Source: Chiloscyllium plagiosum (lineage: Eukaryota). Taken from it: 54,066 nt of DNA. A program made the translations under genes and the position numbers. Each line of letters starts with the position of its first letter. Position 1 is the stretch's first letter. Below are positions 1-11,974 of this stretch, one piece after another. Under the pieces are notes generated by a model that saw only the letters and a program-made list of their open reading frames with translations, did no database searches and was not told where the DNA came from. Location of the stretch: assembly GCF_004010195.1 (NCBI RefSeq), contig NC_057719.1, forward strand, positions 54,801,844-54,855,909, in the 5' to 3' direction.

Positions 1-160
1 GAAAAGCACAGCAGGTCAGGCAGCATCCAAGGAGCAGGAAAATCGACGTTTCAGGCAAACGCCCTTCATTCCTGATGAAGGGCTTTTGCCCGAAATGTCG
101 ATTTTCCTGCTCCTCGGATGCTGCCTGACATGCTGTGCTTTTCCAGTACCACTCTAATCT
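1..160. mobile_element. Palindromic Penelope-like 3'-tail element, cut by window start
   Basis: 1-69 is the reverse complement of 75-143 (about 5 mismatches, 5-nt loop). Contains ctgatga-a-gggc-tttt-gccc-gaaa. Same family as 7592, 21551 and 53955. Confidence 0.85.
68..103 (+). ncRNA. Minimal type I hammerhead ribozyme motif, stem III mutated
   Basis: CTGATGA 72-78, stem II gggc/gccc with tttt loop, GAAA 92-95, then tgtc (the opposite arm reads cgtc). Confidence 0.65.
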
Positions 161-759
161 AGAGAGATCTTGCTGTCCATGTACATAGATCCCTGAAAGT
201 TGCCATCCAGGTTAATAGGGTTGCTACAAAGGCATATGGAATATTGTATACAGTTCTGGTCACCGCATTATAGGAAGGATGTGAAATCTTTGGTAGGGGT
301 TCAGAGGAGATTTACTGTAATGTTGCCTGGTATGGAGGAAAGGTCTTACGAGGAAAGGCTGAGGGACTTGAGGCTGTTTTCATTAGAGAAAGGAAGGCTA
401 AGAGGTGACTTAATTGGACATATAAAATAATCAGAGGGTTAGATAAGGTGGACAGTGAGAGCTCTTTTCCTCAGAGGTTGATGGTTAGTACGAGGGGACA
501 TAGCTTTAAATTGAGGGATGATAGATATAGGACAGATGTCAGAGGTAGTTTCTTTATTCAGAGAGTAGTAAGGGTAAGGGATGTACTGCCTGCAACAGTA
601 GTAGACTCGCTAACTTTAAGGGCATTTAAATGGTCATTGAATTAACATATGGATGATAATGAATTAGTGTAGGCTAGATGGGCTTCAGATTGGTTTCACA
701 GGTCAGTGCAACATCGAGGGCTGAAGGGCCTGTACTGCGCTGTAATGTTCTATGTTCTA
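161..759 (+). mobile_element. CR1 (HER1-like) LINE 3' fragment
   Basis: Peptide EYCIQFWSPHYRKDV..QRRFT..ERLRDLRLFSLEKGRLRGDLI typical of CR1 ORF2 C-terminus; ends in (atgttct)n tail. Confidence 0.92.
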
Positions 760-814
760 GGTATAAGAGTCGCATGCTGAAGGTCGAACCAAAGTAACAA
801 GTAATCCAAAGTGG

Positions 815-1743
815 TACACACGATGTTAACAAGTTTCATCCCACCATCAGACTTACCATGGACTACTCTTCAGAATCAGTTTCATTCTTAGGTACACGGA
901 GCGCCATTCACAATGGACACCTTAGGACTTCACTCTACCGGAGGCCCATGGATAACCTCAGGAGGCTGCATCCTTTAGCATCCATCCTAAACATGTTAAA
1001 GAAGCCATCCCCTACAGCTAAGCCCTGCACATACGCAGGATCTACTCAGACAAGGAAGAATGTAACAGTCACCCAAAGAGGTTGAAAGATGCCCTCATGA
1101 TAATTGGATACTATGCTCAACTCATCAATTGCCACTTCTGATATGCCACAGCGAAAAACACAATGACCTCTTCAGAAAACAGACACAGGATATGACGATT
1201 AGAATACCCTTCATTGTCCTGTACATCCCCAGAGCAGAGAAACTACACCATTTTCTTTGCAGCTTCAACATGTCATCAATGATGATGAACATCTTGCTAA
1301 GATTCTCCCTATACCTCCACTTCTCATCTTTAAACAACCGCCAAACCTTAAATAGTCCATCGTTTGCAGCAAACTACCCAGCCAATGGGACAATATCAAC
1401 CACAACACCACACAACCCTGCCATGGCAAACTCTGCAAGACATGTTAGATCATCGACATAGACACTACCATCATACATGAGAACACCACCCACCATGTGC
1501 ATGGCAGATATTCATGTGACTCAGCCAATGTTGTCTATCTCATACACTGCAGGCAAGGATGCTCTGGAGCATGGTATATTGGCGAGACCAAGCAAACGCA
1601 ACAACAACGGATGAATGAACACCGTGCAACAATGGCCAGACAGGGACGCTCTCTCCCAGTCCGGGAAAACTTCAGCAGTCAGGGACATTCAGCCTCTGAT
1701 CTTTGAATAATCAGCCTCCAAAGCAGCTTGCAAGATACACAAC
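815..1743 (+). mobile_element. Penelope-like element ORF remnant (RT C-terminus plus GIY-YIG endonuclease), 5' part
   Basis: Frameshifted peptides NKFHPTIRLTMDYSSESVSFL and SANVVYLIHCRQGCSGAWYIGETKQTQQQRMNEH (VVY..YIG motif). Confidence 0.88.
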
Positions 1744-1745
1744 AG

Positions 1746-3381
1746 ACATGGGAGAGGTGCGAAATGATTTTTTTTGTCAGTATTCACAAGGGAAAAAGAT
1801 AATGTGAGATACAGACCACTAGACTAGATGGGATTGACGTTGACAAGGAGGAGGTTTTAACAATTCTGGAAAGTGTGAAAATAGATAGGTCACTGGGCCT
1901 GATAGGATTTATCCCAGGATTCTCTGTGAAGGCAGGGAAGAGATTGCTGAATGCCAGAAGACTGAAGGATAGCAAATGTTGTCCTTTTGTTCAAGAAGAG
2001 GAGTAGAGACAACTCTAGTAATTATAAACCCGTGAGCCTGACTTTGTTTGTGGGTATAGTGTTGAAAAGGATTATAAGAGATAGAATTTATAATCATGTA
2101 GACATGAATAAGTTGATTAGGGATAGTCAACACGGTTTTGTGAAGGGTAGGTCATGCTTCACAAACCTTATTGAGTTCTTTGAGAAGGTGACCAAAGGTG
2201 AGAAGGTGGATGTGGGTAAAACGGTTAATGTGGTGTATGTGGATTTCAGTAAGATGTTCGAAAAGGTTCCCCATGGTACGCTATTACACAAAATATGGAG
2301 GAATGGGATTGAGGGTGATTTAGCGGTTTGGATCGGAAATTAGCTAGCTGAAAGAAGACAAAGGGTGGTGGTCGATGGGAAATGTTCATCCTGGAGTTCA
2401 GTTACTAGTGGAGTATTGCAAGGGTGTGGTTTGGGGCCATTGCTGTTTGCCATTTTTATAATTGACCTGAATAAGGATATAGAAAGATGGGTTAGTAAAT
2501 TTGCGAATGACACTAAGGTCAGTGGAGTTGTGGACAGTGCAGAAGGATGTTGCAGGCTACAGAGGGACATAGATAAGCTGCACAGCTGGGCTGAGAGGTG
2601 GCAAATGGAGTTTATAATGCAAAAGCGTGAGGTGATTCACATTGGAAGGAGTAACAGGAACACAGAGTACTGAGCTAATGGTAAGATTCTCCATTATGTG
2701 GATGAGCAGAGAGATCTTAGTGTCCGTGTGCATAGATCCCTGAAAGTTGATAGGATTGTTAAGAAGATGTGTTAGCTTTTATTGGTAGAGGGATTGAGGT
2801 TTGGAGCCATGAGGTCATGTTGCAGCTGTACAAAACTCTGGTGCTGCTGCACTTGGAGTATTGCATACAGTTCTGGTCACCACATGATAGGCAGGATGTG
2901 AAAGGATTGGAAAGGGTGCAGCAGAGATTTACCAGGATGTTGACTGGTATAGAAGGAAAATCTTGTGAGGAAATGCTGAGGGACTTGAGGCTGTTTTCGT
3001 TAGAGAGAAGAAGGTTAAGAGGTGACTTAATAGAGACGTACAAGATGATCAGAGGATTAGATAGGGTGGACCGTGAGAGCCTTTTTCCTTGAATAGTGAT
3101 GGCTATATAGGGGACATAGCTTTAAATTCAGGGGTGATAGATTTAGGACAGATGTCAGAGATAGTTTCTTTACTCAGAGAATAGTAAGGGAGTGGAATGG
3201 CTTGCCTGTAACAGGAGTAGATGTGCCAACTTTAAGGGCATTTAAATGGTCATTGAATGAACATATGAATGATAATGGATTAGTGTAGGTTAGATGGGCT
3301 TCAGATTGGTTTCACAGGTCAGTGCAACATCAAGGGCTGAAGGGCCTGTACTGTGCTGTAATGTTCTATGTTCTATGTTCT
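1746..3381 (+). mobile_element. CR1 LINE, 5'-truncated, inserted into the Penelope element
   Basis: RT motifs NYKPVSLT, SQHGFVKGRSCFTNLIEFF, VTSGVLQGCGLGPLLF, SKFANDTK; (atgttct)3 tail at about 3361-3381. Confidence 0.95.
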
Positions 3382-3995
3382 AACACAGAATCGCTGAACA
3401 GAAACTGATAGCCAAATTCCATACCCATGAAGACAACCTCAACCATGATCTTGGGTTCATGTCACACTAGATGTAACCCCACCACACTGTTCTGTATCTG
3501 TAAAATCTTCCTTACTGTACTATTTTGACACCATCACCTTGATAACCTGTTATGATGTCTTTATCTGAATTAATTTGTACAGTTTTGGATTACTTGCCAC
3601 TTTGGTAGATCCTTGGCATGTGACAAGTTCCTATCATTTTATTCCAGCTGTTTGATTTATCTCCAACACCACTTTATTTTTAAGTTTTTGTAATTATCTT
3701 GCTGCTTCAATTAATCAGATTATAGGTTATTCCTTCACTTGTTATTCCACTGTTGACACTTAACTTTCGCAGTCTGACACTTTTGATCACCTGCAGAGAC
3801 TTATTAATCAACCTGTCGACACTCAACTCACATCATTTGTATGGTCTTTTGATCTTTCTGCCTATTGATCTCTCTATCTATAAATTCTGTACTTGTGTGT
3901 TTTTCTTCACTTCACCTCACGAAGGAGTAGTACTCTAAAAGCCTGAGATTTCAAATAAACCTGTTGAACTATAACCTGATGTTCATGTGATTCCA
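3382..3995 (+). mobile_element. Penelope-like element, 3' continuation with degenerate hammerhead tail
   Basis: ORF resumes (RIAEQKLIAKFHTHED); ends in cacctcacgaaggagtagtactctaaaagc..aaataaacctgttgaactataacctg, homologous to 32084-32164. Confidence 0.8.
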
Positions 3996-4237
3996 AAACT
4001 AAAGATGTGTGAACATTCAACCCCAAAGTTATTTCTGTTTAGCCTTTCTGAAGGAGAGTGCAGTTATAATAGACTTTGTTTATAGTGGTGAGATAGCATC
4101 AGTGCAATGAAGTCCGCACGGGTGTATGCAATGAATAATAAAGGGTTCAACATCAATCTTTAATGTAGTAAATGTTTGTGGAAAGACATTTATGCTCAGC
4201 GTTTCAGTATAGCTGATAAAATCGCATCATGTTTCAT

Positions 4238-4430
4238 TTGGCAGTACTCCTATCCCTGAGTAAGAAAGCTCATTCCAGGACTTGAGCACAGAATGCTGCA
4301 CTATCAGTTGGACTACCATTTGGATGGAACATTAAACGGTCTGTTCTGGTGGGTTCAGGTGGCTGTAACTGATCCAAACATGCCATTAAAGGAAAGTTGG
4401 ATGTGGTCCCAGTGCCTTGTTAATACTGTT
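4238..4430 (+). mobile_element. Old DeuSINE (SacSINE1-like) fragment
   Basis: ctgagtaagaaag..ggacttgagcaca..tgctgcactatc..ggatggaacattaaac..tcaggtggctgtaa resembles the recalled SacSINE1 body. Confidence 0.55.
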
Positions 4431-4699
4431 GCAAAGCACTTGTTAAGTACCTCACAAATTCCATTTAGCTTCGATGAAGACATTATGCATTCCTCTCATG
4501 AGTCTCACCAAGAGACATTAACAATATTGATTTACCGATTTCATTGTACAATACTGTTAACTTTATTAGTTTTGAAGTTCTGTCCTGACATTTCTTCTAT
4601 GTTTTCTCCATTACTTTCTGAACCTCTCATGTGCCTGTATTGTTTCTTATTTTTATCAAGTTTATATGTTTAAAAGTCTACATAAAGATAATGCTTTTC

Positions 4700-4870
4700 A
4701 AAAAAATGAGTGGTGAGGGCCTTTAATGCATGGCCTGAGTGTGTGTTGGAGGCAGAGCCAATTGATGATTCCAAGTGGAAATTGTACCATCTGCAGGCCC
4801 ATTGGATAAAGGCAGTGGAATGGCACCAAAGGACTTGCTCCAGTAGAGACATAATGGGTGAAATCTTCTG
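4700..4870 (+). mobile_element. Old CR1 3' remnant
   Basis: gagtggtgagggcctttaatgc..tggaggcagag..ttccaagtggaaattg resembles CR1 ORF2 end and UTR. Confidence 0.5.
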
Positions 4871-5000
4871 GATTGCCCAAAGCTTTTAGAAGGCTGGGTT
4901 TGGAAACTTATTTAGGCGGGAGGCAAATTTCAATTTGCCGAAAGTAAGTTAAAGGCTTGGCGTTAATTCTCAGAATTTTTCAAATGATTGCCTTTTCTGA

Positions 5001-5341
5001 TAGAACAGAATCCCTACAGTGTGGAAACAGGCCCTATGGCTCAACAAGTCCACACTGACCCTCCAAAGAGTAACCCACCCAGACCACTTCCCATACCCTC
5101 TATTTACCCCTGACTTATGTACCTAACTTTCACATCCCTGAACAATATGAGCAATTTAGCATGGCCAATTCACCTAACCTGCACATCTTTGGGCTGTGGG
5201 AGGATACTGTAGCACGCAAAGGAAACCCACACAGATACAGGGAGAACGTGCAAACTCCACACAGACAGTCGCCTCAGGCTGGAACCAAACCAGGGTCCCT
5301 GGCACTGACAGACAGCAGTGTTAACCACTGAGCCACCATGC
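5001..5341 (-). mobile_element. HE1-type tRNA-derived SINE, near full length
   Basis: Minus strand begins gcatggtggctcagtggttaacactgctg (A box), has a degenerate B box ggtttggttcc, and ends in a LINE-derived tail gggcctgtttccacactgtagggattct. Confidence 0.92.
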
Positions 5342-5344
5342 TGA

Positions 5345-5545
5345 TGGTCTTGAATCTCTTCTGCATTGATTTGGAATTCTCTTCCTCAAAGCATCGTGGA
5401 TGCAGAACCTTTAAACATTTTTAAGGCAGAGGTAGATAGATTCTTGCTTACAAAGGAGAGGAAAATTATCGAGGATATCTAAGTATTTAACATTGAGGTT
5501 GAAATTAGATCAGCCGTGGTCTTATTGAATGGCACAGAAGACTCT
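5345..5545 (+). mobile_element. Old CR1 3' remnant
   Basis: tttggaattctcttcctcaaa..ttttaaggcagaggtagatagattcttg..agatcagccgtggtcttattgaatggc. Confidence 0.7.
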
Positions 5546-5854
5546 GTGTGTCATGAAGATTATTAGATGGATGGGGAGTGAAGAAGCAAAACTAGGATGC
5601 AGAGGAGATAGTCACGGAGACATGGGCGAGGGGGACAAGAAACTGAGAGTGCTGTACATTAACGATAGGTAACAATGGAGCGTTTAGATGTGCTGGGGAG
5701 AGGCAAACAACAGGTGAATTGATAAAGAAGTTGTCTAACATGAAGGTTGGGCATGAGGATCTGGATAGTCATGCTTTTAGGGGAGAAACCGGATATCTAG
5801 GGAGATAGTGAAAGTAGCAATAATTACTTGTGCGATTCAAGAAAAACAGAGGGG

Positions 5855-6140
5855 AAGACAGGGGAATGCTCATGATGCTTACATTTTGTGGAACTTTCAG
5901 GGATTTGGAATGCTTACTCCCTTGCATCATTTCCACGGCTTGTACATGTGACAAGGGGTATCCCCAGCAGGCATGGCTAATATCCTTGACCCTTGATAAA
6001 AAGCTATCAGACGTGGTATGTTTTCTCCTGATTGTGATGAAAGGTCAGTGAGTTGAGTGCAGTTGCTCCTTTTACATTTTAACAGTGAACCCTGACAAAG
6101 ACAGTAGTGCAATGATGCTAGTTGTACAACATTGATCTGC
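5855..6140 (+). pseudogene. PIF/Harbinger transposase fossil
   Basis: GNAHDAYILWN at 5862 and, after a frameshift, DKGYPQQAWLI at 5950, in the order of the PGSxHD and GDxGYPLxxWL motifs; weak CxLYNI (LHN-like) near 6115-6133. Confidence 0.7.
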
Positions 6141-6259
6141 AGTGAAGTGACAGACATGTGCCACTTGATAACAATGAATATGTCAGTCCTCTGTAGTGAC
6201 AATCTTACAATGCGAGCACATGTTTATAGTGGCATGACGCACTGAGTAGGCAGTGGTAT

Positions 6260-6369
6260 ATACCTTATCAGAGGTAAAAACAATGACTGCAGATGCTGGA
6301 AACCAGATTCTGGATCAGTGGTGCTGGAAGAGCACAGCAATTCAGGCAGCATCCGATACCTTATCAGAG
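6260..6369 (-). mobile_element. 82-bp Penelope-like tail insertion with 14-bp TSD
   Basis: Perfect direct repeat ataccttatcagag at 6260-6273 and 6356-6369 flanking gactgcagatgctgga..gtgctggaagagcacagcaattcaggcagcatccg. Confidence 0.9.
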
Positions 6370-7169
6370 CATAACCAATCAAGCATTCATCCTCCTGTGG
6401 CAATGGAGCCATGTTTTCCATGGCCACTTGCAGGCATTGACTTCCTCTATCTAGGTTGGCTTCATCAGTTCAGATGGCATCATGTTGACATTCAGGGGAA
6501 AAAGCACTTCCCTTCTCTCCTGGCTAGCCTTCAGAAGAACCGTGAGGGAGACTTCGCTATAGCATGGTATTTGCCTGGTCTCTGATATCTCCAGAGTTGG
6601 GTGGGAGTTATAAGCAAAGGCTTATTGAGATGCCATTCATTTGTTTTTTAGATGTGATGACCAGAAGGTCCAATGTCTGGGAGTAACATCAAATAGGGGG
6701 TGATCTTTGTGCCCACCGTCCTTTAAGATTTGGCAGGTTTCCATGTATGCATAAGTGACAAGCTGAGTGGAACATGATTACATGAAAAAAGTCAACTTGC
6801 GTCCAAACAGGACTATCAATTGTCAGTAATACAGAGCAGGCGACCTCGGTTTAGGTGTTACCTCTCAGTGGTAGGGATTTCCTTACTGAGTACTGATTAG
6901 AGGGAGGCCTGAATGTTTGATTTCACCTAAATTGTTTTGGCACTCCTTGCAGAGGTGACACAGATTTCCCACTAGCTCTCTAACCCATCTGGTGAACATG
7001 CATCAACCCTGCTAAATTCCACAAACTCTGACCATTTTCTACCCATGATCCCAAGTATACTTTCATTGTTTAGCCTCTGGACTGAATAACTTTTCATTCT
7101 TGTTGTTTTAAATCTTTATCTTCATATCACTCAATCTCTCCTTGTTCCAAAATTACCAAGTATACTTAT

Positions 7170-7315
7170 AGGTAGAATCAGGTCATTTGCTCCAACCTGT
7201 CCCACCCTTCTTCATCCAATCCCATCAACTCACCCTTCTATTCCTTTCTCATTCAAAGGCTTATCTAGATTTTTCTTAAATACATCTGTATGATTTCCTT
7301 CAACTACTCCTTGTG
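7170..7315 (-). mobile_element. Old CR1 3' remnant
   Basis: ttatctagatttttcttaaatacatct..ttcaactactccttgtg resembles an antisense CR1 tail. Confidence 0.55.
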
Positions 7316-8001
7316 AGAAATTGGGTTATAAAAATAGGCTGGTTAGGCTGTGACTCTATTCACTCGAGCACAGATGGTTGAATAGTGACTTTTTGGAGGT
7401 TTATGAAATCATGAGAAGTACAGAAAAAGTGAATAGCAAAAAGTTTTTCCCTAGGTTGGTGGAGTTGAAAATTAGGGGACATATGTTTAAGGTCAGAGGA
7501 GAAACTTTTAAAAAGGACATGAAGAGCAACTCTATTTTTTACACAGCGAGTGGTTTGTGTGTGGAAATGAACCACCAGAGGAAGCCATGGAGAAAGTGAG
7601 GACTGCAGATGCTGGAGACCAGAGTTGAAAAGTGTGGTGCTAGAAAAGCGCAGCAGGCCAGGCATCATCCGAGGAACAGGAGAATCGACTTATCGGGCAT
7701 AAGCCCTTCTTCAGGGATGAGGCTGGTGTGCCAAGCGGGCTGAGATAAAAAGGTAGGGGGGAGGGGCGCGAAATCTATATTCATCCCATGTGGTTGGAGG
7801 GTTCCTAGGTGGAAGATGAGGCGCGGAAGAGGAAGCTGTGGATGCAGGTACAGTTACAACATTTAAAAGACATTTAGATAATACATGAGTAGGAAAGGTT
7901 TGGAAGGATATGGGCCAAATGCAGGCAGGTGGGAATAGTTTAGGTCAACATGAACTAGTTGGACCGAATGGTCTGTTTCCATGCTATATGACCCTATGAC
8001 T
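7316..8001 (+). mobile_element. CR1 3' fragment interrupted by a Penelope-derived insert
   Basis: Peptide DFLEVYEIMR..FFP..RGHMFKVRG; tail ggtctgtttccatgctatatgaccctatgact. Confidence 0.85.
7577..7842 (-). mobile_element. Penelope-like tail insertion with 15-bp TSD and degenerate hammerhead
   Basis: TSD agaggaagccatgga (7577-7591) / agaggaagctgtgga (7828-7842); minus strand ctgaagaagggcttatgcccgataagtcga. Confidence 0.85.
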
Positions 8002-8249
8002 GGCAAGTTTCACGTACCTTGTACACGCTCCATTAGATTATTGGATTTACTGGTTACTTTTTGATATAAATGATCCTTGGAATTGACATTATCCACAAGA
8101 AATATCATCTCTTTGCTTGCCTATCAAACTCTCCATTAACCTGGAGGATCTCTATTTTGTTAATTGTCTCTTGCTATTTCAAGTACAAGGGTTCAGAGTG
8201 AAGTGTCTTTTATTTCACAATGTGGGAAAATCAATAACGACATCTTGAA

Positions 8250-9955
8250 AAAATGTCATTACAGAGGATGAGGTGCTCGTTGCTTAAAATGCAGAAAGGT
8301 GGATAAATCCCTGGGACTGATCAAGGGTACCCTAGAACTCTGTGGGAAACTAGAGAAGTGATTGATGGGCTCCTTAATGAGATATTTGGATCATCAATAG
8401 CTACTGTTGAAGCGCCAGAAGATTGGAGATTGACTCTACGTGCTGCCACTATTTAAGAAAGGTAGTGAGGAAAAGTCAGGGAACTATAGACTGGTGAGCA
8501 TGATTTGGTGATGGGTAAGTTGTTGAAGGGAATGCTAAGGGACAGGATTTACATGTATTTGGAAAGGCAAAGACTGATTAGGGATAGTCAATATGGTTTT
8601 GTGTGTGGGAAATCATGTCTTTCTAACTTGATTGAGTTTTTTTGAAGAAATAATGAAGAGGAATGCAGGGAGGACTAGCCACTTGGATACAGAACTTGCT
8701 CGAAGGTAACAGATAGAGGGTGATGGTGGATGGTGGCTTTTCAGACTGGAGGCCTGTGACCAGCGGTGTGCCACAAGGATTGGTGCTGGATCCACTGTTT
8801 TTTTGTCATTTATGTAACTGATTTAGATGTGAACATAGAAGATATGATTAGTACTTTTGCAGATGACACCTAAATTGGACGTATGGTGGGCAATGAAGAA
8901 GGCTATCTCAGAGTACAACGGGATCTTTATCAGATGGGCCAATGGGCTGAGGAGTGGCAGACGGTCTTTAATTTAGATAAATGTGAGGTGTTGCATTTTA
9001 GAAAGACAAATTAGAGAAGGATTTATATACTTACTGGTAAGGTCCTGGGGAGTGTGGCAGAATAAAGTGACCTTGGCGTATAGTTTCATAGCTCCTTGAA
9101 AGTGGAGTCCCAAAATAAACCGAATAGTGAAGAAGGCATTTGGAATGCTGGCCTTTATTGGTAAATTGATAAAATCGAGAGTGCGGTAGATTCCAAGGAG
9201 GATCGATGTCTCAGGCAAAAGCTGTTCATCAGGGCCTTAAACTTCAATTCTCCTGCTCCTCGGATGCTGTCTGATCTGCTGTGTTTTTCCAGCACCATGG
9301 TCACAGCTCTAATCTCCAGCATCTGCAATCCTCACTTTCACCACATTGAGTATAGAAGTTGAAAGGTCATGTTGCGGCTGTACAGGATGTTGGTTCGGCC
9401 ACTTTTGGAATACTGCATGCAATTCTGGACTCCCTCCTATTAGAAGGATGTTGTGAAACATTGAAAGGTTCAGAAAAAAATTGCAAGGATGTTGCCAGGG
9501 TTGGAGGGTTTGAGCTACAGGAAGAGGCTGAATGGGCTCGGGCTGCTTTCCCTGGAGGGTCAGAGACTGATGGGTGACCTTTTAGAGGTTTATAAAATTA
9601 TGAGGGACATGGATAGGATGATTAAACAATGTGTCTTTTCCCCGGGGTGGGAGAATCCAAAACTGGACAGCATAGGTTTAAGGTGAGAGGGGAAAGATTG
9701 AAAAGGGACCTAAGGGACAACCTTTTCAAACAGAGGGCGTGAATGTATGGAATAAGCTGCCAGAGGAAGTGGTGGCGGTTGGTGCAATTACAACATTTAT
9801 AAGGCATCTGGAAGGGTACAAGAATAGGAAGGGCGTAGAGGGATATGGGCAAAATGCAAGCAAATAGGACTTGATTAATTTTAGATATCTGTTCAGAATG
9901 GACGAGTTGGACTGAAACTTTTGTTTCCGTGCTGTGCATCGTTTTAACTCTATTT
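8250..9955 (+). mobile_element. CR1 LINE, 5'-truncated and decayed
   Basis: Colinear with 36140-37672; motifs VTSGVPQGLVLDPL, FADDT, RMLPGLEGLSYRKRL. Confidence 0.92.
9163..9342. mobile_element. Degraded palindromic Penelope-like tail inside CR1
   Basis: Short minus arm (gatcgatgtctcaggcaaaagctgttcatcagg), then plus arm ttctcctgctcctcggatgctg..ctccagcatctgcaatcctcactttc. Confidence 0.8.
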
Positions 9956-11641
9956 GTCATCCATTACAAAATGTAATTGTACCACACAAATAACATGGAA
10001 TCTTACACTATTTTATGAGCAAACTTGACTCCAGACCTCCATGCTGCATAAAAAAGTCTGTACTATTACTCATCATTGAATAGATTTGCTGTCTTCATTC
10101 TCTTTCATGGTAGGAGTTTAGAATGCTTGCTTGGTTTTGAGTGGTAGAGGAATCTACCTGCTGAGTCTAAAGGGAAGACACTTTTAGCTTCAACAAGATG
10201 TGGTGTTTTGCATGTTATATATTAAGTGCAAGTTACACTGACATGATAGTCTTTTGTTACAGAGATTATAGGGAAGAACTGGATATGACATCTTAACTCA
10301 TTCAAAATGCTAAGCTGCTCTTCCACTTAATCTTCATGATACCATTATGTTGTTTGCTGCTTAAGCCATCCCTCGGTATTAACCCTTTCAGACTTATCTT
10401 TATCCAGCTCAAACCTTTTATCACAACCAAGGGTGTGGTGTTAGGAACAGTGACAGGGGAATGGGGGCTGGGTCGCAGGGTCAGGGCAGAGGTAGATCAG
10501 TTCCAGAACCCCAAGCCCCAGTTCAGGTAGAAACAGATTAATTCTATAGGGGGCAAAGGGTGGTCTGTGTCCTGGGGAGGTGGAGTCAGATTGGGTCTTG
10601 AGCAGGATAGTGGGAGCGCAAGGGACTAGGGGAGTAGGTCAGGGATGTATAGGAGTCAAGTACTGGAGGTAAGGGGTGGGAGAGGGTGAGGGGGTCAGAT
10701 TTGGAAAAGGGAAGGAGGGGTCAAATCCACAAATGCATAAAGGGACATTGAGTCCAGAGCGTGGTGAAGGTGCAGTCCGATGGTAGTGACTGGTGAGGGA
10801 CAGGGGTCTGACAGAGTTCTGGGGGAAGTGTAGATGGGCATGTGTGAGTTAAGTCTAGGGTCAGTTCAAGAGTTACTCATGACTTGGACTATCTATTTAA
10901 TCATCCAGTTTTACCAAGGTAAGTATTGACAATTTCACCAGAACCCTCCAAATTCTGATTTAAATGGAGACTTGCAAAGAGTTCCAGGCATAGGAAAATT
11001 GCCTAGTTGAACCTTCAACTTCCTTGGCAATTCCTTCAGCATTCCACAGGGTCCCCATGTTCAATTCCGAATTGACCAGTGAAAAATACAGGCCTTAGTA
11101 TTTTATGGACAGTAGTGGGTGGGCAGCAGGAGATAGTATACACTCAGGAAAGGGAATACATGGGGATTCATTTGCAGGACACCAGCAGACTCTCCATAGG
11201 AACTCACACGAACAGCTCATTTTCGATCATTTCTGCAATTTTCGCCCAGTGATCTGTCCAAATGTCCCATTTATATTATTACAGGAAGCCCGGAGAATAC
11301 ATCTGAGATTTTAGCACCTACATATGTTATGCATTTTGTCTCAAATACCAATTACTTTAATGATTAATTTAATTTAATTTTTCAAGCTTTTGCAAATTAG
11401 CGTCAGTTAAAATCTCTCAAATATATTGCTGGTCTGATATACCTTCTGCCTCAATTTTATGGGTCTCTGTAGTGACACAAAATTTTGCAAATTTTAATTT
11501 TCTTACAGATTCCACTAGGGAATTTAATTTATCAAGGTGACATAACATTGTGTAAATTTGCCAGGAGGTGTTAACAGAGAAGCCTGCAAGTTTAGCACTC
11601 TAACAAAAACTCATAGATTTTCACACAGTAACAGGTTCAGG

Positions 11642-11722
11642 ATGAGGGCACGTGGGATCTTACACAAAGCATTGGTAACCCAAGTGGAAGAGGTTCAGAT
11701 AAGGAGGTTTAACTTACACCCT
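11642..11722 (+). pseudogene. Possible Harbinger-associated Myb/SANT-like ORF fossil (N-terminal helix)
   Basis: MRARGILHKALVTQVEEVQIRRFNLHP resembles the RAPRFSxxxLExLVEEVxxRRxxLYP pattern of these proteins (recalled, not searched). Confidence 0.4.
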
Positions 11723-11974
11723 CCTCTGCCTCTCTCTTCAACTGCTGCTGATGCTCTGCCTGACTTGATTTTATTTCCTGGGAGAAGGGAATCTAGGGAT
11801 GGCCGTTCAAAGGTCATTTTCAAACCCCATAGGAAGGAACTAGTAAATGGTGATACAGCTTTCTTGTTCACTCCCTATCAACTGATAATGTTGCGGAGGT
11901 AGTTAGGTGAAGCACTAGAGACCAAAACACCATGCAGTTTCCATTGAGCTACTGGATCTGTTAGAAGTCTCTCA

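Noticed and set aside
161..3381. Apparent direct duplication of 161-759 and 2705-3381 (LTR-like)
   Set aside because: Both are 3' ends of one CR1 subfamily with their own tails; the second interrupts a Penelope ORF.
5270..5341. tRNA-like A/B boxes (also 43985-44055)
   Set aside because: SINE heads continuous with the HE1 body, not tRNA genes.
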